This document shows, in pieces, positions 1-12,099 of a DNA stretch of 64,000 nt. This DNA comes from Takakia lepidozioides (taxonomy: Eukaryota > Plantae > Bryophyta), in contig CM060731.1 in the NCBI GenBank assembly GCA_030704615.1, positions 82,894,001 to 82,958,000 of the forward strand, in the 5' to 3' direction. The notes beneath the pieces are model-generated. The model worked only from the letters and a program-made list of their open reading frames with translations, was not told the origin of the DNA and did no database searches. Made by a program: the position numbers and the translations under genes. Each line of letters opens with the position of its first letter. The stretch's first letter is position 1.

Positions 1-29
1 CACTCTGCGTTGCTCAGCCATAGCCAAGC

Positions 30-975
30 TGATAATCCAGGTCAAGCAATTGAGATCCATTGCTTGCCCCAACACCTGACGACGTGATGCCTCAGAAAGA
101 GACGACATCGCCGTGGTACCAGTGGTAAAACCCATTGCCCGTTCACGCTCGTTAGCATTGGGCTCCACTAACTGCTGCAACTGAGCATCCCACAGGAGGC
201 CAGGTCCACTATCCCGGAAAGCATGCGATCCTGGGAAGCTGAGCAGTGTAGGTAATGTTGCTCGTGGTTGACCCACCCTGTTGAACACTGCCAAAGGCGA
301 ACGATCATCGTGTCTCACACGCTGAGACTGCCTCCTTGTGTCCAAAATGCTATCCACTGTGAGGTGTGTTGGGCGCTGCACCCCATCAAATGCACGCTTG
401 AGCAGTGCGGGTGGCATCAAGTTAGTCCACCATAGCCGTGGACGATGAGCCCGTGACCCCACTGCAGCTGCAACCAGCAACACTGTTGACCCAAGCCACG
501 ACCGGACTTGATGCACACTGGCCATCACCCTGGCCCAAGAATCGCCCATCAGTGGCACATTCTCCAAGATGTATGCTGGAGATACAGCTTGATGAAGCTA
601 CAAGTGGTGCAAAACCCGCACCATCTCCCAAAACAAACCCGACCTCGAGTCTCGCAATCCATTGTCATGCGGCTGATGAATGCTCTTGGCAGGGCCAACC
701 TGCCACTGCCAGATCAATGGAGCCAACCCGCTCCAAATCCTGCGCCCCCAGCAACGAAATGTCTGTTGGCAAGGCCTGCTGATATCCACGAACTGCAGAC
801 ACCGACAACAACTCAGGGTACTGCTGCACCAACTGAGCAACATGGTGAAGTGAAATGCGTCGTGTAGTCTCATCCCTCTCTACATACTAGTAACGCCGAA
901 CTCGTACATCTGCCTGTAACACAACAGCCAATCCGGTGTTGATCCCGCCAAACAAGTCCAGAAGACAAATGCCTT
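30..975 (-). pseudogene. DNMT3-like C5 cytosine methyltransferase domain of copy B (disrupted)
   Basis: ICLLDLFGGINTGL (motif I), DLVVAGWPCQ (IV), YILENV (VI), AHRPRLWWTNL (VIII), EPNANERERAMGF (IX) and RRQVLGQAMDL (X) are readable across frames. Stop codon at 887. Confidence 0.88.
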
Positions 976-3866
976 CATCCGGATACTGCCATACAATAGG
1001 TGTGGTGTCCAATGGAGACAACTGAGGTGGTCCTGGTGCAATCCCCGCACTCTCCTCCTCTCCTGATGGTACAAAAGCCTCCACCCAGGCTTGTTGCACC
1101 CGTCGATCAGCAACCCGCTGCAAATCTTTGCTCGTGCCCCACAATGGAGTCTGAGCAACCATGGCAGGCAACTCCGCCATACCATACATGTCATCCTGCT
1201 CTCCCGGAGGTGATACATCGTCTGAATGAGCGTTGCCCTCAAGCAACTCTCCAGGCCAACTCAATGCAACTGTGAATGCTGTTAGTGTCGGCATCTTGCC
1301 TCGCTGGGCAACCGCAACTCCTCCTATGAATGTCACAGGGAGCTGCACACGCCGGCTCTCCCCTGACTGCCATCCACGCCTATAGGAAGCTGACTTTTCC
1401 CAAAAATCCAGGGTGAAGCCCATGGGGTACAACACTGCCCTACCAACCAGGACATCATACGAGACCGCGTCTGTCACAATGGCCTTGGCTCGCATCACTG
1501 AGCCATCTGTAAGGTGATCCGGCCGTAGTCTGATAGCCAACTCATGCCATGTCATGCCCCAAGCCTGCTCCGATCCTCCCAGAGACGTCTGTATCTGGAA
1601 AGGACAAGGCTCCATATCCGCCTCCGTGAGGCCCAAGCCTGCAATAGCAGCTCTGCCCAGCATCAATGGCTGAGCTCCCGAGTCCAACAAGACCCGCAGT
1701 GGCCGGTACCTCTTGCCTGCCAGTCCACTCAAATAGAAAATGTCATTCTGGTTGTCTAACATGACAATTCCAGGTGTCACCAAGGCGCGCTCAATGGCTG
1801 GCCTAGCTGGCAGTTTCATCAACCTGGCAACTGCAGTTTGCCATTGCGCCGCCGTGGCAGTCTTGACCCTCAAATCCGAGGATCCATCCGGCACTACACC
1901 TCCCACTATCTCCGCAGAAGATGAAGTAACCTTCCCACTCTCACAGAGTGTAGCTGCCAGCCTGAACACCTCAGCTGGTCTTACCCCCGGCGTCGCAATC
2001 ATGGTAGCCGAGAACAATGGAGCCTGGCACACAGATGTGGCCGCTCCCAGCAGCACACTTGCTGCCGTAGCCTTGGCAACACTAGGTAGTGATGCTGCCC
2101 GTGTAGCTCTCCCCAATGGCATAGTAACCTCCGCCTCGGTAACAGTCGGGTGAGAACTAGGTGCCATGGATGGCGTCGATACTGTCTCCGCCAATGTGAA
2201 TGACTGAGGAAGCCTAGCCTAATGGCTTGCCTCCCAACGTTGTGGATCCAGCTCCACCTCTGCATCTCGTGGCTCAGAAACTCGTGCTGATCCTCGGGTC
2301 ACGGCTGCAGCAGACTCCACCTGCACTAGTGGTAGTGCTGCTCCGCACATGAATCCCATGCATCCCATATCTCCTCCCTCAGGAGCAGGAGGTGGACCAT
2401 CCGGCCTTGGAGCCGGTACCACCTGAGCTGTAGCCATGGCAGCGAGCCTCTGCTCTAGCTGCTGAAGTCGGTTGGTCATGCCTTGGTCAACACCCTGACC
2501 TCCGCGTCCTTGGCCATGTTGAGCTTGCCCTTGGCCTGCACCTCGTCCTCTTTGGGCTGCTCCACCTCGCCCCCGGCCACCATTGTTCCCTTGGAACTGG
2601 CCTGGGCGCAACTCAGGATGCAAACCATAACACTGGGCTTCTCCATGCCCGTACTTGCCACAATGCCCACACTGCAACTGTGAAAGCTGTGCCAGTGCCA
2701 AACCATTGCCTCCCTCTGGGCAATCCATCTTGACATGGGGTCTTCCAAATGTCCAACACACCACATCCGCCCGTTGTTGGCCAGCAAATGAAGGGAGAGA
2801 CCCCTGCATTTGAGGTCCTCTCTACCCTTCCCTGAGCTTCACCTGAGCCCCCTTGTTGCCTTGAGCACGTTGAGGTAGTGTTGGCTAGGAGCACCACTAC
2901 CCGTGGTGTCTCCTTAGCAAATCCCACCATGACCACTCGTTCCTCCACCATGTTGAGCTCTATCCGCTCTGCCAGCAAAAACACATTTGTTAAGGTGGGT
3001 TGGGCCGCTTGTAAGAGAGTTGCATCCCGCACCCTTCTCTCCTTGTCCAATATCCCATACCAGAATTGGACTGCCTGAGCTTCCGTAATCCCTTAGGTTA
3101 CATTTATCAAGCACCTCTTGCGAGTGAAAGCCTCCCTCAAGCTCTCAGTCGGCTTCCATTGGAACTCTTGCAAGCTCCGCAACTTCTCTGTCCTCACCCC
3201 TTGGTAGTTCTCTCTTAAGTCTTCGAAGAACTCCAAGAAAACAGGGTTGAAGGCAAGCACGGGTACTGGTGCGGGTGCGGTATTGGCTTGGGTTTACGTT
3301 GTAGCTACGGTACCACCAGTCCCACTAGTCCCACTGCTGCTTACTGAAACTGCCGGTGTAGCGGCAGGTGTAGCCACTGCCATCGTGGCTCTAGTGCCCC
3401 TAGTGATGGAGACATAGTCGGGTGACCAGTACATCCTCCACTCCTCGATCTCAACCTCATGCCCCCGCCTGAACTCATGGTAATCATCCGTAGGCGGCCC
3501 CTCAAAGTGCTGAAATAGCCCCTTCTATGCCATGAAAGGCGTAAATAATTGTGGATTGCGCATTTGCTGCAAATCACACCAACTATCAAACTCTTGGATA
3601 AAATCATCCAACTCGATGGTGCCCACCGCCCTAGAGTACCTTCGTGGCCCCTTGGTAGCTCCATACATCTCCTCCATTGTGTCCCACAACAATGGTAAGG
3701 AAACAACTTGCACCGCCGGTGTGAGTCCTCCTGATTCACAATCTGAATCAGAACCTTCCATAGAAGACACAGGAGGTGAAGGTGGCCTAAACCGCACACC
3801 TCGGCTCGTGTATCCACTAGTATCGCTAGTGCTCAAACCGGCACTGTCCCCAGCAACTAGTGGCAC
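976..3866 (-). pseudogene. gag and aspartic protease of copy B (disrupted)
   Basis: ORFs 3525-3866, 2613-3050, 2219-2809 and 887-2194. Zinc knuckle CGHCGKYGHGEAQC; protease motif VLLDSGAQ. Confidence 0.88.
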
Positions 3867-4599
3867 CTCCGTGTTGACAAACTGTCACTCAACGGGTCAT
3901 GAACATGTCCCTAACCCCCTCTCTACAAGGTAACTGGGTAGAGAACCTGTTGCGGCTTATGGTTTGGAATATTAGGTTCCTAACATAGCCTACATCTGCA
4001 CCTGCATCCACCGCAAGCACTCCTATGGTTGGCTGGTCATCACCTCCAACCTCACCATGGGAGAAACAATAATGGTCTGACTGGTCATCACCCCAGCCTC
4101 ACCATCGACAACATGCTCTAGGACTAGCCGGTGATCAAATCCGGACCAATCACCTATAAAAACAAGCGCCCACACAAAACTAACATGGCGCACAGTCAAG
4201 CATGCAGGTATGGAGGGGATCCAAACACAAGAAATCAGAACGACAACTCCCCCACACCAAAAACAACTCCACAGTGTTGCTCCTGCAAGGACACCCCAGC
4301 CCAAACCCGGACTGACTCTTGCCTCCACCTACGGAAAGGTCTTGGCCTAATGAGAGGGTGGAAAACTACGAGGAAGAGAAGCTAAAGCAATGCCTAACCC
4401 CAGCATGCCCTCATCCCAACACTCTTCCTCTCCTCTCTTCTCTCACTTGCATGACCATGGAAATATCATGAAGATATTCCTCAAACCGCCCTCCACGAGC
4501 TTCGAAATTTGGCCTTCAAGACCACATGCCAGTCCTCAAGTAGTCCACCAGTGCCTCCCCGAGTCAGCACATGCCGTCCATAGGTCAACATGCACCACA

Positions 4600-5130
4600 G
4601 ACCAGCACAGGCCCACATAGCCCCATAGGCCATAGGTCACAGCCTGTCACAGCCCGTCACAACCCCAAAGGCCACATGGCACAGCCTGTCACAGCCCTAT
4701 GTACACAGGTCCCAGGGGTCACAGTCCCGAAGGCCACAGCCCATCACAGCCTGTCACAGCCCGTCACAGCCCCACAGGCCACAGGGCACAACCTGTCATA
4801 GCCCGCCACAGCCCATCACAACCACTCACAGCCCGTCACAGCCAAAGGCCACAGGCACAGCTTGTCACAGCCCTACACAGGTCACAGGGGTCACAGCCCC
4901 AAAGGCCACAGCCTGTCACAGCCCGTCACAGCCCGTCACAGCCCCACAGGCCACAGGGCACAGCCTGTCACAACCCCTCACAGCCCATCACAGCCCCTCA
5001 CAGCCCGCCACATCCCATCACAGCCTGTCATAGCCCCTCACGGCCCCACAGGCCACAGACCACAGCCTGTCATAGCCCATCACAGCCCATCACAGCCCCA
5101 CAGGCCACAGGGCACAACTTGTCACAGCCC
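4600..5130. repeat. TCACAGCCY-based (about 9-nt unit) minisatellite in the copy B leader, about 0.5 kb
   Basis: Tandem tcacagccc/tcacagcct units interspersed with aggcca/gggcac spacers. Confidence 0.95.
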
Positions 5131-6593
5131 CATCCATGGCCATTCATGGCAGTTTAGCCATTTCTCCAAGGCGTTTAGCCACGCCAAACTAGGGTTTGTG
5201 TCTCTTGGACTCTAGGCTTCTTTGCACCGAGCTATGGCGGCTGTGAGGAAATCAGCAAGGTATTCTTGCTCTTTATGGCTCCCACGCACCACCAATAGTA
5301 GCTCTAATTCCAAAGGAAGATATTTGCAACCAAAACTAAGTGTACAAGCTTCCTTTTAACTCCCAAAACAGCGCCATTGATCCCTATGGCGACAAGTACA
5401 AGCCTTCAATAGGCTGAAAGCATGCTCCACACATGCATTGCCCTCACATAAGGGAAGTCAGCCCTTCCCTCTTCCTTGCTTGCCCTCCTAGCTTGAAGAT
5501 GGAAGCTTCAATGAGCTGAATACATGCTCCACACATGCAACCTCTTCACACAAGAGGTATCAGCCCCCTATCTTGGCTCCTTGGCTCCTTGGCTCCTTGA
5601 TGCTCTCTAAGACAAGACTAAGCACTCCACAGCCTTTGCCAAGCTCCTGAAACCCTAAGGCTTACATTTCCAACCACAAGACACTCCTCTTGTGGTGCAA
5701 GAGCTCTTCTTCCAAGCTCTGAAACCCTAGGTGCACATTCCATGGCCTTGCCGCACCTCTTAGCTCCTGTTCCAGCCCTGCTCTTGCCATGACAAGAGCC
5801 CTCTCAATGCTGAAGCTCGAGATTGAAACCCAATCTCACCATACTCCACAAAGTGCACTGATTTGCCCCAAGCCAAATCAACCCTTTCGCTTGGTCTTGC
5901 AGTCCTTCACACAATGAAAGCTCGCATTCCCAAGTCCAGTTCTCAGCTTTGCCACCAAAGCCACTATAACCTGCTCTTGACTGGTCCTCTTCCCAATCGT
6001 GCTTGCTCATGCTTGTACACAATCTGAAACCATCAAGGTGCTCTGGAATTACCTGCAGCATGGTGCTTTCATCTGTGAAACTGAAGATCGAATGCCAAGG
6101 TCTACTACCTCGTAACCCACATCGCCTCCGCTTCTACAACCAAGAGCTCCACGGTGCTCCTTGCATAACAACCTGGTTTCTTTCATTCTCAAGCAAAAAC
6201 CACAAGTGCTACAACTAACTCGTATCTGGCACTCACAGATACGAGCTCATCTTTCTCAAGTGATAAAGAAGAAGAATACAAGCACAAGCTCATGCGAGCT
6301 CACAAAGCTGAAGCATAAACTCATGCATATATAACCTCATCACTCAAATACAAGTCAAGCCAAGTGCACCCCACGCCATGGGGAATCCACACTACGGCGC
6401 CATAGCTAGGCGCGGTGAGGCTCAACTCGAGAAAGATGAGCCTCTCGCGTTTGCCGTGAAGATAACCACTCCAGGGCCTAAATCTGCCTTGACCCCTGGA
6501 TTGACACTTGGGCCAATCCCAAATGTCAATATGTAAACGCTAGCTATTTCCTAGCTAGTTTCACACTAGTGGTAAAATAACTTGACATTCATC

Positions 6594-6785
6594 ATGTCGT
6601 TTGGACAAGGATCAAAGAACAATGGGGGAGAAGTCTCAGAGACTAACACGTTAGTTGGACAATCTAACTTTGTTGTGTGGAAATTCAAAGTCCACAATCT
6701 GTTGCTAAGAGATGAAATTGCTCATACTGTCGAGAAAGATTTTGAGGTCACCGATAAGAACAGGGCATTGTTGTTCGAGAGATAG
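6594..6785 (+). pseudogene. Ty1/copia gag N-terminal fragment
   Basis: LVGQSNFVVWKFKVHNLLL matches the copia Gag LxGxNY/FxxWKxKMxxLL start. Copy B inserted just upstream of its ATG. Confidence 0.6.
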
Positions 6786-6789
6786 AAAC

Positions 6790-8232
6790 GTAGAACACTT
6801 TGTCACTCATAGATGAATGAGACATTGTTGTGCATATCCTGCTGTTTGCCTATCGAACCTCTATTCATGCCAGTATCAAAATTTCTCCTTTTGAACTTTT
6901 ATATGGTAGGAAATGTAGAACTCATTTGCATATCTCTTGGCTGCAGGTCTCCGCAACTGAGCCTGAAAATTTGGAAGTCTTTTTGTTTTCCATGGATGCT
7001 AGACGACGTAGTTTACATGAAACAGCTAAATCTAACATTGTGTTTGCCCAAGCTGCTCAGGCCAAGAATTACAACAGACGTGTTGTGTATTCTGAGTCAT
7101 TCAAGGTAGGCCAGTCTGTTTGTGTCAAGCTCCAGCCTGGTAAACAGGTACCTAAGGCCAAGCGTCAGATTGATGGCCCTTACCTGATCTCTGATATTCT
7201 TCCTGGCAGGCAGTATGTCTTGCTTCCCCAACATGTTTCTACCCCTCACTTAGCTAGCCCCATTCATGTTTCATTGATTGTTCCATGCACTCTTACTTTT
7301 GATCTAACCTGTTTGAATGTTGAGAATCGCCAGGTGATTTTCACCCCCACAGCTCGAACAGCTGGTGATCAGGCCCTGGCATCTTCTTCTTTAGCGTAGT
7401 TTTACATTTCGTGCTAGTTTTCTGCACCAATTGTAGCACTTGGGGCTTTTCCTATGGGATGTTTTGTCCTCCACCCAGCTTGCAGGGTGAGGGTTTCTTC
7501 CCTAGGTTTTTTCATCCTTTGTGTGCCAGGTGTGTAGTTTGTTTTTGCTAGGCCTCGTTTTTGTTCTTCCTGAGCTCATCGCTCGCAGGAGCTCGCAGTA
7601 TCTAGTGGCCCCAGCAGGCTTCACATATGTGGAGCTAGGATTCCTTCTCACCTTCTTTTTCGACTTGGATGAACGGAGGGGGGATGTGCCCCAGATGACT
7701 TAGGGATGGACGGAACCAGGATGAAGTCTGGATGAACTTACACCTTGCGCATGAGGATGAGTTGGCAACAACTTATGACTTTATTAGGTGTTGTCTTATT
7801 CTAACAGCTAGTTTAGGATTAGATTAGGATGGATCTGGGTGATCTGGCTTCTTTCTATGGCTATGCTGGAAGGGCATCTGGCTGGCCTATATGTAAGTGC
7901 CACGTGGCACTAGGATTAGATTACGACCTAATACTATTTAAGCTCCACTGCCGTGGCAGTTAGGGTGGTGGCTTTTGGATCTCACGCGAGTGTACGTTTG
8001 GTGTAACGGTGTGCTTGAGTGTGTTGATGAATGTGTTCTGGATGTTTTGACTTTGTTGTGTCCTCTTCGTGAGATTCCGTCTTCTCTGCCAAGCCCATCT
8101 ATCGACTATATCCCCCTTGATAGGATTAAGTCCGGTAGAGGAAGGAGAATAAACCCATAGCGCCGGAATCAATGGCTTCATAGACTTAACCAAACTATAG
8201 CAGAGTTTGGTTTTTGTTATTTGATTTAAATC
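6790..8232 (+). mobile_element. Unrelated Ty3/gypsy fragment: integrase C-terminus, PPT, LTR (about 7685-8192) and a degenerate PBS-like motif
   Basis: ORF 6830-7399 has LFAYRTSIHASIKISPFELLYGRKCR and a GPY motif (IDGPYLI). Purine tract GGAGGGGGGA then TGTGCC at 7685. TATAGCAGAGTTTGGTTT at about 8196 resembles an initiator-Met PBS. Confidence 0.75.
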
Positions 8233-8680
8233 TGTCGTGCGCATACATATCGCTACACAACTACATCGCTGTCCAAAACCACACAACACATGTGCACACC
8301 ACACACTAGTATACCACTAGTCTACCACTAGTCTAGCCACTAGTCCAACCACTAGGCTACAACTAGTCAGTCACTAGGCTGCCACTACGCTGCCCACTAT
8401 GGCAGTCACTAGTTCACACAATCGCCCCCCTAGCTGGTGCTTAGGTCCCTCTAAGTCCAGGTAGCCACAAGATGTGATAGTGACCATAGCCTCACTAAGT
8501 CCTCCACCACTATCCCTACTACACTCAAACTCGATAGATCAAGAGGCCGGGTGCAAGAGTTGCCCCATCGTTAGTCGTCGTCTTGCAACCTGTGAACTTG
8601 AGCTTGGGATCTCATGTATTGACTCCTATGAGCTTGGCCTCCCATGTCTTGTTAGCTGCCTCCAGTCATGTCCACTGCCA

Positions 8681-10228
8681 CTATCCCAAGCAGTGTGGAC
8701 ACAACCAATCTCCGTCAGGAACCTTCTCAAGAGGTGGTGTCAAGCATCCCATATGCCAACCCCTTGAGCATCGATCACACACCAGCATGGTGGCTGCCCC
8801 TTTGGCAGACCCACAGAGCATGCACCTCAAACCTGCAGGTACCACTGCCAAGTTTGGGTCAACTCTGCCATCGACATTGGGAAGGTGACATGGCGCACAA
8901 TTACGCACATGGTCCTTCCAAGTCATGCCATCCCGACCCTCCAAGATCAGGACCCCTGAGGGCAACACCTCTCGAACCCTCAGAATAACACGCCCTGCAG
9001 TAACATCCAGAGTCGTAGGAGCAGTCTGCTGCAAATAAACATAGTCACCAGGGCTAAACCTCCGAACCCCAGGACGATATCCTCCACCACGTATAGTGGC
9101 ATACCTCAACGTATCACGGTGCTGTGCAATGGCAAGGTTCTCAAAAGCCATGGGCATGACTTTCTTGAACAACTCTGCACGCTGATCACATGCACGTACC
9201 CACACGTCCGGATCGTCAAGGTTAAGGACTTGAGCAGTGTCCCTACGAATGGCTGCAGGCAAATCCGGCTCTCGGCCAAAGAGAAGGAAATATGGTGAGA
9301 AGGAGGCAAGTGATGCTTGTTTGCTGAACCTGTAGCCCATGGCTAACCAAGGAACCTGAAGATCCCAATCTCCTAGGTGTCCCTTCTGCAAGCCATACTT
9401 GCGCAAACCCCTCTTCACCGTCTGAACAACTCTCTCTGCTAAGCCATCGGCCTCAGGATGATCCCGAGAAGTGGTGCGGTGGTCGATCAAGGCTTTATCA
9501 CACAAAGCCTGAAACTCCCCCAAGAACTCTCTCCCTTGGTCCGTGAGTACCTCAGCTGGAGCACCAAATCGGCTAAGCACACGATCCAAGAATGCATACG
9601 CAGCCCCCTCACTAGCCTTGTCAGGCAATGGAACCAACTCAATCCACTTGGAGAAGTGCTCCACCATCACCAACACATATCTGTGGTGGCGCATAGTCAG
9701 TGGCAACGGTCCTGCGAAGTCAAGACTCCACCTGTAGCCCAATCCCATGATAGGTAAAGGATGCAACTGTGGTGTAGGGGCGTTGAATGAAGCACGCACC
9801 CTGTCACACACCATGCACCTAGCCACAAACTGTTGCACCTCTGTATGCATACCACGCCACCAATACTGCCCCTGCAGTAAACTGTGAGTGCGTCGCACTC
9901 CAAAATGCCCCAACTCCTCATGGGCATGCCGCACTAACCGTGCACGCTGTGTGGGGTGAGGCACAATCCTCACCCGACCACCCTCCCACACTCGAAGTAG
10001 GTGTATCCCCTCCCACTTGAACCTCTTGGCTCGTTGCAGGATCCGATCCCTCTCCCTGGCAGTCACAATGGCTGCCGTGTCTCCCGTGCGGAGGTAGTCC
10101 AACACAGCCGAATCCTCATGTATATCTCTGGCACCACCTAGCTCATCACTAGCCTCAGGGTCCTCAGACACTCCGTCTACAGTCATCCCTGTTGTAGGTC
10201 CAATCTGACCTCCCGATGCCAAGAACAA
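8681..10228 (-). CDS. Integrase (HHCC + DDE core) with C-terminal PHD finger; C-terminal part of the polyprotein, open frame
   Basis: HAHEELGHFG...CMVC; SLDFAG, LTDQG, GLAERV; terminal CMLC..CDRC..WHMGC..WLCPHC (C4HC3). Confidence 0.95.
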   Translation of the reverse strand: MFLASGGQIGPTTGMTVDGVSEDPEASDELGGARDIHEDSAVLDYLRTGDTAAIVTARERDRILQRAKRFKWEGIHLLRVWEGGRVRIVPHPTQRARLVRHAHEELGHFGVRRTHSLLQGQYWWRGMHTEVQQFVARCMVCDRVRASFNAPTPQLHPLPIMGLGYRWSLDFAGPLPLTMRHHRYVLVMVEHFSKWIELVPLPDKASEGAAYAFLDRVLSRFGAPAEVLTDQGREFLGEFQALCDKALIDHRTTSRDHPEADGLAERVVQTVKRGLRKYGLQKGHLGDWDLQVPWLAMGYRFSKQASLASFSPYFLLFGREPDLPAAIRRDTAQVLNLDDPDVWVRACDQRAELFKKVMPMAFENLAIAQHRDTLRYATIRGGGYRPGVRRFSPGDYVYLQQTAPTTLDVTAGRVILRVREVLPSGVLILEGRDGMTWKDHVRNCAPCHLPNVDGRVDPNLAVVPAGLRCMLCGSAKGAATMLVCDRCSRGWHMGCLTPPLEKVPDGDWLCPHCLG

Positions 10229-10289
10229 AAAATGCAGATGCGTGCCATCCCCGGCACCATCTCCTCGTCCGTCTCACACCATGCCAACC

Positions 10290-11730
10290 GAGCTCCAGTG
10301 TCATCCTGCTGGCTCATGCATGGATTGCGACTCAATCCATCCCCATCCCGATTGACCCAAACCGGTCGATGCACAACCTGAAAGTCATACTCCTGGAGTA
10401 TAAGTGCCCACCGTGCAAGCTTCCCGTAAGCTTGTCTGACTCCATCAACCACCTTGAGTGGCTGGTGATCCGTGACAGGGTGAAAAGATTGCCGTTATAG
10501 ATAGCACCTGAAGTGTACCACGGCCACACTGCCAGCTAAGCACTCTCCCTCATATGAGCTGTACTTAGCCTCTGCAGCGTTGTTTGAGCGGCTAGCGTAA
10601 GCCACTACGAACTCTCTTCCCTCATCATCCACCTGTGTGAGGCACCGCTCCAAGCCCCAGCATGCTCCAATCCGTAGGCAGTCTGAAAGGGACGCCCCAT
10701 GATAGGTCGTCTCAAGATAGGCGCCGAGGTCAACCTCGACTTGAGCTCTTGCAAAGCTCGTTCCTGTGTCATCTTCCCACTGCCACTCTGGTCACCTTGG
10801 TCAGCTTGGTTAGAGCCTTTGCAATGTTACTAATCCCTGACAAAACCGTAATAATAGTTTGCCCAACCAATGAAAGCTCGAACTCGCTCACATCCGTGGG
10901 GCGTGGAATTTGTGCAATGGCCTCTACCTTAGTCTGCTGTACCCCCAACCTCCAGGATATATCATGTGACCCAGATACTCAATCTGGTTGTGGAAAAACT
11001 TGCACTTCCCCGGATGCAACTTCAATCCGTGCGCTCTCAAGCGCTCCAATACCACCTGAAGGTGTCTCTCATGCTCCTCCATCGTAACACTAAAAGATGA
11101 TGATGTCATCTATGTAGCACCGAGCAAAGTCCACCCCTGCTAGAATCCTATCCATGACTCTCTGAAAACTCTGCAGGAGCATTCTTAAGCCAAATGGTAA
11201 GAACCGCCACTGATATAGGCAATCCTTGCCGTGCTCATGATCCCCCAGAATGCGTCTTCTGCTTGTCCGCCTCCTGATGGCAAATGGTGATATCCGGATC
11301 GTAATCCAAAGTGCTAAAGGCCTTAGCATGCCCGATGGCATCAAAGATCTCCTCTGGTGTTGGCATGGCATACTTATCGGACTTGTCTGACGATTTACAG
11401 GCCGGTAATCACCGCACATACGTCTCTCCGTCCAATTGCCATAGACATCCTTCTTGGCTGGCATCACTGTGGCTGAAGCATACTCTCCACCAGAGAGCTC
11501 CACCAAACCTGCCTCCCAGAGATCTTGAGTCCTCATCTGAATCAAAGACCTCTCCATGTCACTGTATCTATAGGGTCTCCGAAAGATTGGCGTGTCAGTG
11601 GCCAACTCAATACGGATCTCTTGACCCTTCAGTGCTCCCAAGTCCTTCAAACTGAAGGCAAAGCAATTCCTGTAAGCCTCAGGAACCGCGTATACGTCGT
11701 CTCTCTCCTCCGGTGACAATGGGTCCAATG
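10290..11730 (-). pseudogene. Reverse transcriptase and RNase H of copy A (many 1-nt indels)
   Basis: RMCGDYRPVN, LPFGL, FQRVMD, CYIDDIIIF, KCKFF, IEYLGH; RNase H TDWS..LGAV, AYASR, KLARWALILQEYDF. Confidence 0.93.
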
Positions 11731-12099
11731 TCAGGCTCCCAATTGTCCTCCGTAACTACAACCTTAAGTCCAGTGGGATTAGAGGTAGAGGACGCGTCCC
11801 GTGGTTGCTATGCTGCACCTCTTGAGCAGTACTTCCACCTGCTCAGTCAATGACAGGCATCATCCTGCCCATCATCTCATCCTTGAGGACCTCCTCAACC
11901 GAGAAGAATCCCCAACCTCATCCATCACAGCCGCCTTGGCTGCCAACTCCCTCTGAACCTCGAGCACCTCCCACGTGTGCCATGGATGCATGCACCCCGT
12001 GGTCCTCATATGCTCGCCCCCCTCACTGCCTGTACCGTCTCGGTAGGCAGAGAGACCATTGAGGGAAGTGTATTCCGCACTCTGCGTTGCTCAGCATAG

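Larger units (their letters stand above)
1..6587 (-). mobile_element. Copy B of the DNMT3-carrying Ty3/gypsy-like retroelement (5' leader/LTR-like region, gag, protease, methyltransferase); runs off the window start
   Basis: Colinear and highly similar to 12078-20133. Homology stops exactly at ...AAATAACTTGACA (6587), so the minus strand starts TGTCAAG. Premature stops at 887 and 2219 plus frameshifts. Confidence 0.92.

Noticed and set aside
3880-6587. Treating this region as the 3' LTR of copy A
   Set aside because: It has no PPT before it, it abuts a copia gag fragment, it is separated from A's integrase by unrelated elements, and it runs directly into its own gag. It is the 5' end of copy B.
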